Positions 25,240 to 38,954 of a stretch of 63,857 bases of DNA are shown here, in pieces. Position 1 is the stretch's first letter; every line of letters starts with the position of its first letter. The stretch lies in the NCBI GenBank assembly GCA_964252035.1, contig OZ176202.1; one strand, 5' to 3'. The notes below the pieces were generated by a model. It saw nothing but the letters and a program-made list of their open reading frames with translations, was not told the DNA's origin and did not search any database. The DNA is from Podarcis erhardii (lineage: Eukaryota). The translations under genes and the position numbers were made by a program.

Positions 25240-25856
25240 CTTATCAATCATCTTGCGAGCTTCTACTTCCTCAGCATTGGGATTTTCCAGTTCAATAGTG
25301 TAAGTACCTTTATCACTTTGGTCATCCTCCTCCTTTTCAACAGCCACCGAAACGACCTGGCTTTTAATCTTTTTCTCCATGTCCTCAGTTGTACTTGGTC
25401 TATTTCCAAGACTTCCAGAACTTCTCAATAAAGCAGTTTGTAAGAAAGGCAGTGCAGCAGAAGGCTCTTCTGACTTTTGCTTCAGAAGTTTTGCATGTAC
25501 TGCTCTTTGTTGGGCGGAGCTATTCTGCGAAGGTGATAAACTGCCTTTGGAGTCGTCAGTTCTTGTAGGGGGTGCCGGAGAAGATGTTTCAGGGAGCAGA
25601 ACTCCCACGTTTTGAGAAAAGGAATAAGATCTCCTCTTCCGGGAATGGCCTTCATCAAAAAACTCAATCATAAAAGCAGTCTGACTAACAGTTGGCTGGT
25701 CTGAATGTTTCTCTGTGTCCTGGGATTTTGTGTGCAATTTTTTCTGCTCAGCATAATGATGCCTTAGCTGTTCTTCAAGTGCTGCCCGTCTACTGTAATG
25801 CCTGCGTGCTCCGGCATTTTCTGAATCGCTCTGTGTCCCATCATCATGTTTATTTC
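25240..25856 (-). CDS. CEP170: CEP170 coding exon ([13 protein letters not shown]...EARKMIDK), containing an internal GT-AG segment
   Basis: Acceptor ttttgtctttgcAG|GA AAT and donor AAG|GTAAGC; 617 nt, phase 1 to 0. Confidence 0.95.
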
Positions 25857-28308
25857 CTGCAAAGACAAAACAAAACATAGAAATCTAGCTCTACATGAGC
25901 AGCAGTAATGCGGAAAGAACCTCCGAAAGTTAAGTGAATACAGAGACAATATTTGCTTTTCTGTTAGAAGCTCAACTGTCTGTTAGTAACAAGCTCTGCA
26001 AGCTTCCCATAGCAACAACAGACACATTCAGACTTGCCATGCACAATGGAGTCTTTTGCCAGCTAATCAGTGAGGGAGATGCATTTGAATTGTCTTATTC
26101 AGAAAACAGTCCAGTTCCCAATCATGCTTGATGATGAAATGTGAATGTGCTACAACAGCTATACCAAAATTAGCAGATCAGTATGTCTTCTAAACTGTAT
26201 TAGTACCTAGCTACAAATAACTCATGAGCTAGAAAACAAACCTTTGCTTCTAAACATATTCCATGAAGGGTAGAAAGTAAAACAGGAGGTAACAACTGTA
26301 CAGTTGCCACTATCAGTGGAAAGCTTTTGGCAAAAGCTTAGGTTTGGAACATTAGAGTTGTTTTCCCAGAATAATTTTCCAGTTAGTTATCAGTGTGGTT
26401 TCCGGAATACAATTCTTTATTAGCAGCAATAAACAATTATGGTTTTTCCCCATATAACGAATGGAGACGGAGCAAAATAGGGCAGCTTTAGACTTTTAAA
26501 AGAACCCTTTTATGACTGCAGCTCTGTACCCACTAATCTGGGAGTAAGTCCCTTTCAACTCAGTGGGGCTTAATTCTAAGGAACCATATTTAGGATTGTG
26601 AGATGCCTAGGGAAGAAGTTCTAGGTGAACACTGAATATTTGAAAGTAAAGGAAATTTGAATGTATATAAAATCAAACATTGTAAGAAAACATATATTTA
26701 AAGAGATTAACAAGGTCTTACTATAGTTATACAAACAACAGAATGTCTCAAGATATGTCCACATAATTTCTGGTCTATGCAGTCCTGCGCCAATTCCCGT
26801 CCCTGCTGGGCTACTTCACACCTAAGGCATACTTGGGATTTGGCTATTGCACAGCCTTCATTCATAACCATTCCTAGCCAGAAAACACAAGCCCTTTGTA
26901 GCCTGCTTTTGACCAAGAACTGTTGTGCCAGGTTTGATCTGCTGCAAGCAGTTGTTACACAGCCTTTTGTCCATGCAATTAGTTATCTGGAAGCTCATGC
27001 TAGAGATGGTCGAAAATGGCCGTGGGTTGCACTGCTAATCTTCAGTATAGTTAACTGGTGCAATATATTTATGAGTATAGCAGTTACAAACTGAGAAAAT
27101 CAAAAAGCCCAGAACTGTAGTTAGATACAAAGATGCTCAATTTACAAAGTATGTTAAGAAGGTAGTCCATCTTCAGAACACTGCGATCTTCCTGGGATAT
27201 GGGCTCTTCAACCTGCTGTTCTAAATTTATATTTAGTAGTAGAATAAATGCTGATTATGGAAATTGCACTAAAATTGGCTTGAGAATTCATTAAAACATG
27301 CTAATGGTATCTTATGCAAATTTTGCTCCTAAAGAGCAACCTTCTTTTAATGCATAATATGCAGAATTACTTACAGGATACCATTTAAAGTTTTCAGTTA
27401 ATTAGTTACAGTTCTGGAAGAATTTTCAAATAAGAGTTGTAACTTATATGAATTAGTTACAGCATTCTATTTTACATTGAGTGTGCCAGAGTAAGTTCCT
27501 TATTAGAAGAAATAAAAACATGTTTCAGCTGAAATAATTTAAAATATATACTTATTTTTGAGTGAGTATGCTATGTACTACTATGACAAATATCACTCAT
27601 AAGATCAGACAAACCATCCTGAGAGATTTGTATGAAGTATAATAATATAACTGCCAGTCAGCAGGAAGATGTGGGTGAGCAATAAAGTGAAATAATGTTT
27701 TAAAAATATGAGTTGTAAAGGACTTTGATTTAGTAAGGATAATCTGAAAGGCAAACCAAAGGAAAGTTTTTCAGTCAAACTTAAATCACTGAGCTAATAA
27801 AAAGGAATCAGAAAATTAGAAAACAATTTAAACCTGTTAAAATTATTAAGTTGAAGTCTATGACCTATATTCACTCGCTTTATAAAGCTTGATGAAATGT
27901 TCATCTCCATTTTTCTTAGGTCTGCCCAAAACCCATTTTAAGCAGCTTGAATCCCCCCTTCAACCATTCACCACATATTGAACATTAAACTTTATTGAAA
28001 AGTGATACTTGAACATGGATGCATTTTTAATCTTTTGTGAATACAATATTAGCAAGTTTGCTTTGGTATTTGTGTTTCGTAAATGTACCAATGCTATAAC
28101 ATCACAAGCTTTGAATAAAAAGGTACAATTTTTTTTTGGGGGGGGGGGGTCCTGGCAGAATTGGTTGTCACTTGATGCTTTGTCTAAAACATTCTGGTCT
28201 GTAAGAATTCTAACAGAGTGTAGTAAATGTGTACAGTTCCAGTTAGCATACTTACGGCTGAATATTCAAGACAAAGGAAATAAATACAGCTGAAATTATT
28301 TGTTTTAC

Positions 28309-28779
28309 CTTTCAGTCTCTTCAAGTAGACTGGAACATCACTCTTAATACTTTTTGAATCTTCCTCTGTTGATTCCCAGATCATTGTTGGGGGATTGTTT
28401 TGTGCTAACCAGTTTGCCACTTTGCTCTCCGGGGCCATCATCACAGTTTGAAGCCCAGGAAGATCCTGGGCACCAGAAGGAGAAGGCTTCTTAGATTTGT
28501 GGCGCTGATCTGGAGTGAATTTTGTAACATGATCTTTGATGGTTACTTTTCCTGGGGTGCTGTCATCAAATTCAATAGTAAATGAAGCATGCCCTGCCCC
28601 TGCTATGTGTGTGTCTTTTGTTGGGATCTCATGAATAGTACCCTCAGGTATTTGGGAATGTTGATGGAATTCCTTTGTAGGGATTTCAAAATAACTTGGC
28701 TCCCTACAGAAAGGATAATTTTCTTCTTCACTTGCAGCTGCAGATTGCTCCTCAGCTTGCTTGCCATCTGTGCTGCATC
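28309..28779 (-). CDS. CEP170: CEP170 coding exon (GCSTDGKQ...[15 protein letters not shown]...VPVYLKRLK)
   Basis: Acceptor ttttcttaatAG|GA TGC and donor AAA G|GTAAAA; 471 nt, phase 1 to 1. Confidence 0.95.
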
Positions 28780-31700
28780 CTATTAAGAAAAACAAAAAAA
28801 TTGAAATTCTCCAATATTGCAAAAGCCGAGGCTTCAAGGAATTTCAGAGTTCACATAAAAGCCAGGAGACAATTCTTGGGAAGGACATAAGAAGAGCCCT
28901 GCCAGATCTGATCAAAGGCCTATTTAGTCCATCATCCTGTCTCCCAGTTGCCTGTGGGAAGCCCACGAGCAATGCAGAAAGACTGAAAAATATAGCTCCA
29001 GAATTGCAAGTCTTCTCTGTTGATAGTTCCATATTGAAGACAGGCATGAAAGTACGTGCACATCTAACCAAAAGAAAGCTCACTAAGAACGCCAAAGAAA
29101 CAAGTTCATGGGTATCAAAAGATTACACAATTGAATAGAGCCATGGGGAGGGGTATCTTTGTCTTCATGAAGTCCTGAAGAGTAAATATGAACTTGGCTT
29201 TAATTCAGATTTTAATATATCCCTGCCAATGGAAGCAAATAAGCTAGCTTGCAGCGACTCAAGACACTTCTGAAAATCCAATGCCGAAAAGTACAGTGCA
29301 GGAAAGGAAGATAAAATTAAAATGGAATGGAACGTCTATAAGCAATAAGAAACATGCAGAAGTTTGTAAATATCTTGCTTTTTGATGGATAAAGAAGCCG
29401 GAGAAGAGAGGAACAATGTACATTCTGAATAAATGCTAAATCCAAGCTTTTGTGGAGCTGCTAGCAAAACATTATGCATTCAGCACAATAAGCTTGCTTG
29501 CCAAGTATTAGAGATTTGAATGCACCACAAGCAACTGCTGCTGAAGTGAATACTGGTAAGTCGATTCCAATGGCTGAATGGAGCAATATTATTTATTTTT
29601 CAAGATGCACATAAAGTAACAAAACAGATAACTTTAAAACACTAACACATTTTAAAGAAATCTACTAACATATTTACTCTGTGGATGAAAATGGTACAAT
29701 GTCATGCAAAATGCATTTTAAAATGGGCAGCACAGCAAACAGAATATTCACAATGATTTTCAGGAGTCATGTCATTTAATTTTACTATCGTTTCTCTAGA
29801 AAGCAGCAGCTAAAAAGCTGGGGCTGTGTTTCATGTTAAAGTGTTAATGAATCCCAGCGCAACATACAGCTGAAGACATTGGGGAATGAATGTTATTGGC
29901 AAGGGATCAGAGAACTGGTACACAGTATCCTGTGATCTTCAGCCTCAACAGAAAAGCAGCCGATGAGGTTTACTTTGTTTTACCACAGTGTTAAAATATA
30001 AAATACTTGTCCAATTTTAAAAGATTATTCCAATTAAGATTCGCAGTTTTATGCAACATCTCCTGCCAAGACTAAATAAGAACTAGGAAAATTGCTCTGG
30101 AATGCACATTTTTGCTCCACTTTCTGTGCGAAAAGATAGGTTTTTAAATTACTTTTAAACTGTCTATCTTTTCTACGGTAATTACCTTGGTAGAAACTGG
30201 TAAAGAGATTTCCTCCACCTCCCTTGCAATTAAGATCTATAATACATCCACTTAATTAAGCAACAAAAATTGCTCACACAAGAACGCATACATTGGCCCA
30301 GATCAAAAATTGCTCATGTGCAACTTCTCATGCTGCTAGGTGCCTCCCTCCTGCTTCAGCCCACATTTCCATATCCCATATTATTCTGGAGGGTACTATA
30401 ACCTTCAGGAGCAGCTTTACAGGGGACTCAGGTGGAGAATGGGGTTGGAATCCCCTGTTGAACAAGTGACATTCTGCTTTTGTCTCTTTGGCTTGAGGCC
30501 ACTCTATAAAATGTCTTAGTTTTTTTAGTTATAGCACAAGAGACAAAAGCTACCAGTATACTAACTTTGGTGGGTTAAAAAGTCAACTTCCTCCAATTAG
30601 GTTTTTGGCCCCTGAATTGATGTTGCTGTTGCTTTAGGGAGCTGTGCTAAATCACTTCTTAAGAGGGAAGTTGTTAATAGATTTTAAATATCCTTACCTT
30701 TTCTAGTAAGCACTGTAGCATGCAAAGAGTTAACAGTTCAAAAATGAGTTCTCTGCCAGGATACTGTGTACTACAACAGTGATGGGAAACAAGACAGGCA
30801 AGTTGCTTAACTACCATGCAATGCAGAACTGGATGTACATGAAATGAATGGTATCTGTACAAGAATGACAAAATGTGAGCTTCTACGGATTTGAAATCAG
30901 GAAAGTAGCCGAGGCTTCTGGAGATGAAAAACAGCAAGGTTTTGCTTTCAATGGAAAACAGCACAGTGAAGGAAGCAAGAAATGCTCAGGGCAGAAAGCT
31001 GGTAGGGAACAGGAGGATAATAAGAGCAGGTGTTAACAGCAAAGCCAGGAGCTAAGAGCGAAGCTGGGTAAAGTAGTAAGGGGTGGCCTGCAGGGAAGTC
31101 CATGGAAGGAAGAACAAAGACAGAACAAGTCTGTTTTGATATGTGATGCTTTCGGAGAAGCAGTTAGGATGGATTCTGGATTGAAAGAAGTAAAAGTGCT
31201 TGTTTATATGAAGGAGACAGATTCTGTAGGAGTGGGAGCTAATAGACCAGAAGTGCAATGATACTTATCATCTCAACTGTTCTAGGAAGAATTCAATAGC
31301 TGGAGATTGAAATATTAGCACTGTGCTTTATCAAATACACTCTGTTACAATATATTGCTTGGCAGCCAAGTTATTTCCAACTCTGCTATCTTCTTGTAAA
31401 TTCTTCACTATTAAAAAGGCAGCTCAGTGCTCCCAAAATTGGGGTGTGTTCATAGTTAAAACCTGTTAAAAGTTTAAAGAATTACAGTGCAATTTACTGT
31501 TTAACATGTACAGTTTCATAGAATCTGACAATCATTAAAAATGCAAGTAACAGATGCAAAGAAAGCTGTAGTCAAGAACCAAGAAAATCAAATCAAAGAG
31601 ATCTAGCTGGAAATAAATTATAAAAAGTTTGCAACCAGCAAATATTCACTAACAAAGCTAATCTGTAATGTTCTTTTTGGGTGGGGCCGGTTATAAAGGC

Positions 31701-32426
31701 ATCATGACCTTAGCAGTTCAATAATTGTTTCAAGGGTATTTCTTCCCTGTAACAGATTTTTAACTAGTCAGAATGTATAAATGGAGATTTGTTTCAGAGC
31801 TCTCTGGATAACCACGAGAAACGAGAAATATATAAATGGCACAGACATATAAGCATAATTAATTAAGCATGTTTTGCTCTTGGTTTTTGTTTTGTTTTAT
31901 TAACCACCAGTACTTCTAAGTTCAAAAGTACCCCTAAAGTGTGTTTGCAACTCCCCATACCCAAGTCAATTAGAAAATGTGTTTTGATAGAAAGTTAATA
32001 GCATAAGTGAACCTACAATAAAAAGTTGCTATGTAGACTGCTCTCATTCAGGATTCCTGCCAACCAGCCATGCTCTCTCCTATGATATTACATGTGTTCC
32101 TCATTTCCCCGATAATCAGTCAGTATTTGACGCACAATAAGCACATTCAATCCTCACTCCACTGTATGCAATTATTTTCCAAAAGCAGGGTTGTGGTTTT
32201 GATGAGCATTTTTATACATCTGCAGATCCTTGGATTGCACTGAGCTGATACCGCTTCCTTGTGTATTGATGGTGCCATTTTGGTTACCTAAGGAATGGCA
32301 CAATTATATATGATGAAATTTTACAAATGTGCTGGGGGTGCATTGTCACTGTTCCTCAAACATTTAAAGTGATGATATAAAGCTAGCAAATCTACTCACT
32401 TAAAACATCATTAATCTATAAGGTAG

Positions 32427-32672
32427 TACAGTGGTACCTCTGGTTACGAACTTAATTCGTTCCAGAGGTCTGTTCTTAAGCTGAAACCGCGCTTATCCTG
32501 AGGTGCGCTTTTGCTAATGGGGTCTCCCGCTGCATGCATGCCTCTGCCATGCGATTTCTGTTCACATCCTGGGGCAAAGTTTGCAACCAGGAGCAGCTAC
32601 TTCCAGGTTAGCAGAGCTTGTAACCTGAAGCATTCGTAACCAGAAGCATTTGTAACCAGAGGTACTACTGTA
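32427..32672 (-). mobile_element. Tc1/mariner MITE, copy 2 (orientation B)
   Basis: TA|CAGTGGTACCTCTGGTTACG ... GTAACCAGAGGTACTACTG|TA; its reverse complement is colinear with the 45068 copy. Confidence 0.85.
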
Positions 32673-34954
32673 TTTCTTGCATGGGGAAAATAGTAGTTTG
32701 ATATCCGAGATATTCTTTCACAAAGAACAAAAAAGGATGATGCTTTAAAGACAAGATATAAAGACTGAACATTTTAACAACTAGTAAAAATGACTCAAGT
32801 GGGCATACAAGGGGAGACAATCAAATTTCAGATACACATTTAAATCTGGAAATCTTTGTTCACAATCCTTCACTTATGCTTACTATTAAAGAAGCTTGAG
32901 CCTTTCAGAAAAGTCTGATATTTATAAATAATGTGTTACAGATTTTAATCTAGCTCGTTTCAATGCACCAAAGTGAAGAACAGTATATTAGCCTCAAAGG
33001 TCACAGACTTTTGTTTGCAACTCTCCAAATAAGGTAGGTACAATTAAAAATGGATTGCTCAGTAGATTGATTTTGTTTCAAAACCACAGTCTAGTCAGCC
33101 ATATTTGGGACTGGAAAAGACTTTTCCTTTGAATTAATACCCTAGATTGCATGCAATGGTCATTTCATGGACAGCATGCAGGACTGCACTAGAATCAGCA
33201 TAAATGGGGTGCCACAGCTTGCACCAATGAAAGCACTTTTCATTAAGACAAAGCTACCATTGGATACCACCCACTGAATTTTCTTGTGTTGCTTATCATG
33301 CAGTGTCTGTTTTTCCCCTGCAAGAAAATCCAGTTACTATTATTCAATATTTATCCCAGACTGAAACTAATATCAATCTGAAAAATGTGCTGTAGGCTTT
33401 GGAAGGAGAATCCATTCCAAGAAGTGACTAATGCAACAGATAATTTATATACCTCTTTCATATTCAGGACCATAAATCATACCAATATTCTTTTCTCATA
33501 GAAGGGAAGGCTTGAATCAGCACAATCCGTTATAAACTTGAGTTTTGGGAATCAACAATAGACTTCAACACTCTTGGGAGATCAGATCAGAGCACACCAT
33601 ATTGATGTTTATAGAGTACTATATTTAACTGCCAAAGATAATTGAAAGCTTATAGCCTTGAAATAAAGTATGTTACTAAAAAGCTAGAAACATTCAGCAC
33701 ACTGAGGTAGGCATTTATTTTTTGTAAGGATTTATTACAGTAAGATATAAAAAGGTGACAAATAAGAGTAGTAGGTAGTTTAAAATAGTACATTGTATGT
33801 GTAATGTATGTGTATCTGCACCATCCTAAATCATGTTTTCTGGATCCATAGTAGAGAAAACAGATCAACATTAACAAATATACCCAAAGTAAAGTCTATA
33901 ACACCTGATCTGAGCCCACTGAGGTTTGCTTGCTGGAACATTTTCCATTACAGGTTTCTACTAAGGCTGAAAAACAGTAATACCAAAATAATCTTATTAA
34001 CTTAAGTCTATAAAGGCTAATTGTATCTAGTTGGCTTAGCAGAAACTAATCTCCTATATCAATCTCCTCATTAAACCATGCCCCATCTGCTATATTATAT
34101 ACGTTCTCTTCAAAATAATGCCATTTTTCAGAAGTGCAAAGTGGTGAAGCAGTTTTGGTAAATTCAGTATGCCAGTTCAGGCTTGTTTTAAGTTACTTAC
34201 AAAAAAATTATTAACAAACAACCAAGCTTTTAATTTATAAACTAGCTGCTATGAAGTAGACCAAAATCTCACATTGAATGCCATTAAATCTATGCCCAAG
34301 AAAATATATTTTTTATCATATTTATATAGCAAACTGCATGCAAACTCCAATGTAACATTTATGTTTCATGAAGAAATGACAATGAAGGACGGATTACATG
34401 TGAAAAACATAGCAGTGGAATAAAAATGAAAGTTGATTCTGTACATATATTTGCATATAGATTTTGGCTCATTCCTGCTCATGGAACTTTCATCCAAAAT
34501 GCAAGATAATTTTTCTTACTATTTTTTTACATGGAGGAAAAAGAGTATGATTGATTGACCGGGGTGACATGCACAGCCTCAACTGTCAACAAAAGCTAGT
34601 GCTCCTGTTGATGTCTTAAGCTTGTTATGGAATGAAAAGGAAAGCTACTGATGTGATTGCTCCTGAGTGCCTCTCCAATCTGTAGAAACTTGGTACTCAG
34701 ATGAGCTCCATCCTATGTAATGGGCTAGACAATGGTTGGAGTGCAGGTGGTGCAAGTCCCAGAGTGAATATTGGTGATAACTGCACCTACCATGTGGCAG
34801 TGGCAGCAGCAGAGAAAGTGCATTTCTCTGCCACCACTGCATTCTTGGTAAATCACCAGGTAGAGCTGTTTCAGTGGATAAATGGGCTTATTAGGTCCAG
34901 TCCAGTAATGAAAACATTGCATGGGGGCTCCAGCCCAATGACAGCATGCAAGTA

Positions 34955-35600
34955 ACCTCTATTTCTTTATCCACTTTCTTCATATCAGGTGTAATCTTGT
35001 AAACTTCTATCATGTTGCCCCTTACTTGCCCTTTTTCTAAACTAAAAAGCTAAGTAGTCTATGTAGGGAAGTTGCTCCAGCCCACTGATCATTTGTGTGC
35101 ACTTATTTGCAGCGTTTGCAGCTCTACCATATTTTAGATAGATATATACACTTTTTAATTTTTGAGATGCGGCAACTAAAACTGTGTACTGTATTCCAAA
35201 TGTAGCTGCACAGACTTGTATTAAGGCATTACAATATTTGAGTTTTCATTTTTGACCCTTTGCCTTTTTCACAGTTACTGACTCAGGTGACATTTTTGTT
35301 TAATGATCCATAGTAACCCCAAGTTCTCTTTCCTAGTTAGCGTACTTTAATTCAGAATCCATCAATGTACATGTGGTTAGAATAATTTGCCCCACTGAAC
35401 ATCATTTTATGCTTACATTGAACTTCATTTGACATTTTGTTGGACTTTTCACCTACTTTAGTATATTTTACTCACTGTCCAGTTTGACATAGTCGGACAT
35501 GACTAAATGACTAAACAAGAATCTTCAATAATTATGGCAATAATTATGGCACAATCTGCAAACAGGGCCACCTCATTGCATACCCTAACTCCAAAAGCAA
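34955..35600 (-). mobile_element. CR1 LINE ORF2 remnant, decayed
   Basis: aaacttctatcatgttgcccctta...ttctaaactaaaaag...ctgatcatttg...tgtattccaaatgt...acattgaacttcattt are characteristic reverse-strand CR1 RT segments; boundaries approximate. Confidence 0.6.
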
Positions 35601-37471
35601 GATTGAATATAAAGACTTTTGATATATACATGTCAGGTTTCCCCCCCTTGAAACATTGAAAATAATATTAATACATGATTAGAAAATGACAGAAGGCTGT
35701 AATAACTATGTGGTTCTATCTGACTAAATTATACTTGGAGTAGAACCATTATATTCAATGAATGTTAGTCATCACTAACTCAGTTCTATTGATTTCAACA
35801 GGTCTAAGAATGACTTAGTTGAACATAACTGACAGGCCAACCTATTTTCAGGTGTAACAGCAAGAATATGGGACACATTAGTGAGTTTAAGTGGAGTTGC
35901 TAACTTTTGTTTTTACTGAACTAACAGATAATTACAGCTTGTCAAATAGCCTAAACTAGACATTAATGTCTAAACTAGACATCATGGAGAGATGTATAAG
36001 CACCACTAATATGCATTTCGCAGATAACTTGTAGAAACATAATTATATCATAATTTCCCCATCCCACTTGCAAGGGGTAACCAATGAAACAGAGCAGTGG
36101 GCAAGGATATGCTAATATGGTATCGTTTTCCAGCTACATGTTAACTGTGGAAACATGCACCCGCATGTATCCCCATAAGGTTGGGCTATGCCAGGGACGG
36201 GGAACCCATGGCCCTCCAGATGAAATTGGACTCAACTCTAACTGCCCCAGCTGATATGGCCAGGATGAGCTCTGTAGTCCAATAACATTGAGGTGTGGGG
36301 AGTGTGGGTGGCATAGGCTCCCACTGCTAGGCTTTGCAGTACAATCCTGAATTTTTCTACTCAACAGGACTTACTTCTAGGTAAGTGACTATTACAGCCT
36401 CCCTAATTCACCAGAAAAGAACTCTATACCTACTTTTTTATAGCACAGGTATTTGAAATACTTAACATTATTTTAAAAAATTACAGTAACATGCTATAGA
36501 AACTGTAGACAGAAGCCATGCACAGCCAAAATCCAAAATAAAACTATTTTCAGAAAAACTGCTTTGTTTTCCCAAATATGTAACAAGAGACATGTCTTTC
36601 CAATGCATACATTTTATTCACATACACTTTTCATTGCATAGATTTAGTAGTCTATATCTATATCCATATCCATTTTCATTACTTAAATGTCTACTACCAA
36701 GTGGCTAATATTCTAAAATCAACTGGTTTGTAAAAAAATGTTTGGATCACATCAAAAGTATACAAATGGAATTCGATTAAGCACTCTCTCAATTCACTGG
36801 AGTATCTGAAAGGTACAAAAGCCAGTGGCTCAATTCCATCTTTGGCACATTAGTTCATGACAATATAATTCCTAGAGGAAACATTTCATATCTTTTAAGT
36901 TTTGTACAACACAAAAAATACACTGAATCAGAACAGCTCTTGGGAACAGACAAAACTTGTTTTCACTGAGAAACTGGCTTTATAGTTCCTAGTCCCCAAT
37001 AATACACTTTTAGGTTGCAATCTTATACATATTTTCCTGGGAGTAAGTCAGTGGGACTTACTTCTGAGCTGACATGCATTGTTAATTTCCCCTAGATAAG
37101 TGAATGGCTGTCATTAACTCCTATGGAGGGGAAAAAACAAAACTATGACACTTGATATGACTGGCACATTGTGACTGAAACCTGCCACCCGGCCATTGCC
37201 ACAGACTGATCCAACCTCCACTGAAAGATGTCAGTATGTACACAGACACAGGGCCCCACAGTTTAGTGATATTTTCTTCTCCCTCCCACACCAGAATGGC
37301 AAGTATTTAGTTAGTTTACATGAGTTTTATGCTTGAATTTACTGTAGACATTGTTCTCTTACCATTATTTTCTTAGGCATGTGGACTGACTTAGAATATA
37401 TACCAGGCCTACCAGATGTGAAATGGAGGTGGGGAAAAGCTACAAATGGATCTGTTTATAAATAACCTTAC

Positions 37472-37606
37472 CTAAAACTCCAGTTTCTTGTATTTTCTCT
37501 TCAGGTTTACCATCAGGTTTGTAACCATTCTGTTCTTCAGCTTCATCCTCACCCCACCATGATGGTTGCCCATATAATGGTGTGCCCCGAGGCATAGCAG
37601 AAAGAT
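37472..37606 (-). CDS. CEP170: CEP170 coding exon ((D)[21 protein letters not shown]...)
   Basis: Acceptor tttatatAG|AT CTT and donor TTA G|GTAAGG; 135 nt. Confidence 0.95.
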   Translation of the reverse strand: MFLLCLGAHHYMGNHHGGVRMKLKNRMVTNLMVNLKRKYKKLEF

Positions 37607-38791
37607 CTATATAAACAAACAAAATAGATTATTCATTTGGAGCGGCAAGAGTGACACTATGAAAAAATGGTAAAGAATAGAATATGGATTGTGGCTAATG
37701 TTCTGTTTACACTGCTTCCCAAACCAGGATGCAGAGTACACGGGAGTCTGTAAACAGCCCAAGCTGGATAAAATGTGCTAACATATTGCTTGCCTAGCTG
37801 CTCACACACATTTAACTGAGCTGTGCTCGTTTCCTTGAGGGGCAGATGGAGCTCATCAACCTGGAATCCTTCTAGGAGAAGGAAAATTCTGATCCTAAAC
37901 CTCCACTTCCTTGTGGGATATTTTGTGGGATTATCTTAGGGAGTAAGACCTACACAAATCCGGAGTGGAGTCCGGTTGGATTGTGCCTTGTACCCTGTTT
38001 CCGACAAGTCCTGCAGCCAATTGGTGCCAAACATATTGCTCTGCTTTCCTTTGAGCCACAACAGTGAGGCTGAGAGGGAGATCTTCTTGTCTGGCCAGCC
38101 CAGGACCTCCATACATACTGCCTAGGCTTGTGACCTGGGGAGGATACTTTGGTGCTGCTATTGCAGCGGTTTGACTTAATCCTTAGATGAACACTCCATT
38201 TTGTCTCCAGACAGATGGATGCTAACAAGAAAGGCCCCTTTGCTTCACAATGAATAATTATTTTCCACTTTCCTTCTTTTATTTTTTTTTAATGTCTCCA
38301 AATATGCTAGTTTGGCAAAGAAATACTTGTTTTAATAAAAGTAATAAAGCATTCACTGGACTTCAAAGCTGCTGCAACAAAATTTGATTCACTTTAAAAT
38401 GAAAACACATACAATGTAATGTGTCAGATAGCAAAGCCAAGCTGATTTAAGAAATACAAGGGATCTGACAGTTAATTGTAGCTTTTTGTTTCTATTTACA
38501 CCGTAACAGCCAGAAAAGCACACTGTTAAGAGGCAAGTGATACAGAATGAGGAGTTCTTTCCTATTAGGCCACTACACAGAATAGAAATTTCTTTGCAGA
38601 ACTATAACAATTAGGTACTATAACAAAGTAAGAAACAAACCTGGCAATTTTTACAATGACATATGAGGCAATTAATGGCCCAACTCCTCTGTACCTTACC
38701 TAACTCAAAACATCTTACATCTTACAGTGGCTTCTCAAAAGTTAATATATTTTAATAGCTAGAACTGACAGTACAAATTCATTTCTCTCAC

Positions 38792-38954
38792 CTGTCACTT
38801 TCTCTTCAGATTTCAGTGTGTCTATAACTTTGTGGTGCACTTCAGCAATGGTGTCTTGTACCTTTGGCTGTGTAGCTTTGGCACTGGTTAGCTTTGATCC
38901 TTCTGCCTCCAAGGATTTTTGGGATAGCTGCAGTTGACTTGTAAACTTCTCATG
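38792..38954 (-). CDS. CEP170: CEP170 coding exon ([13 protein letters not shown]...KSEEKVT)
   Basis: Acceptor atacAG|CAT GAG and donor ACA G|GTGAGA; 163 nt. Confidence 0.94.
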
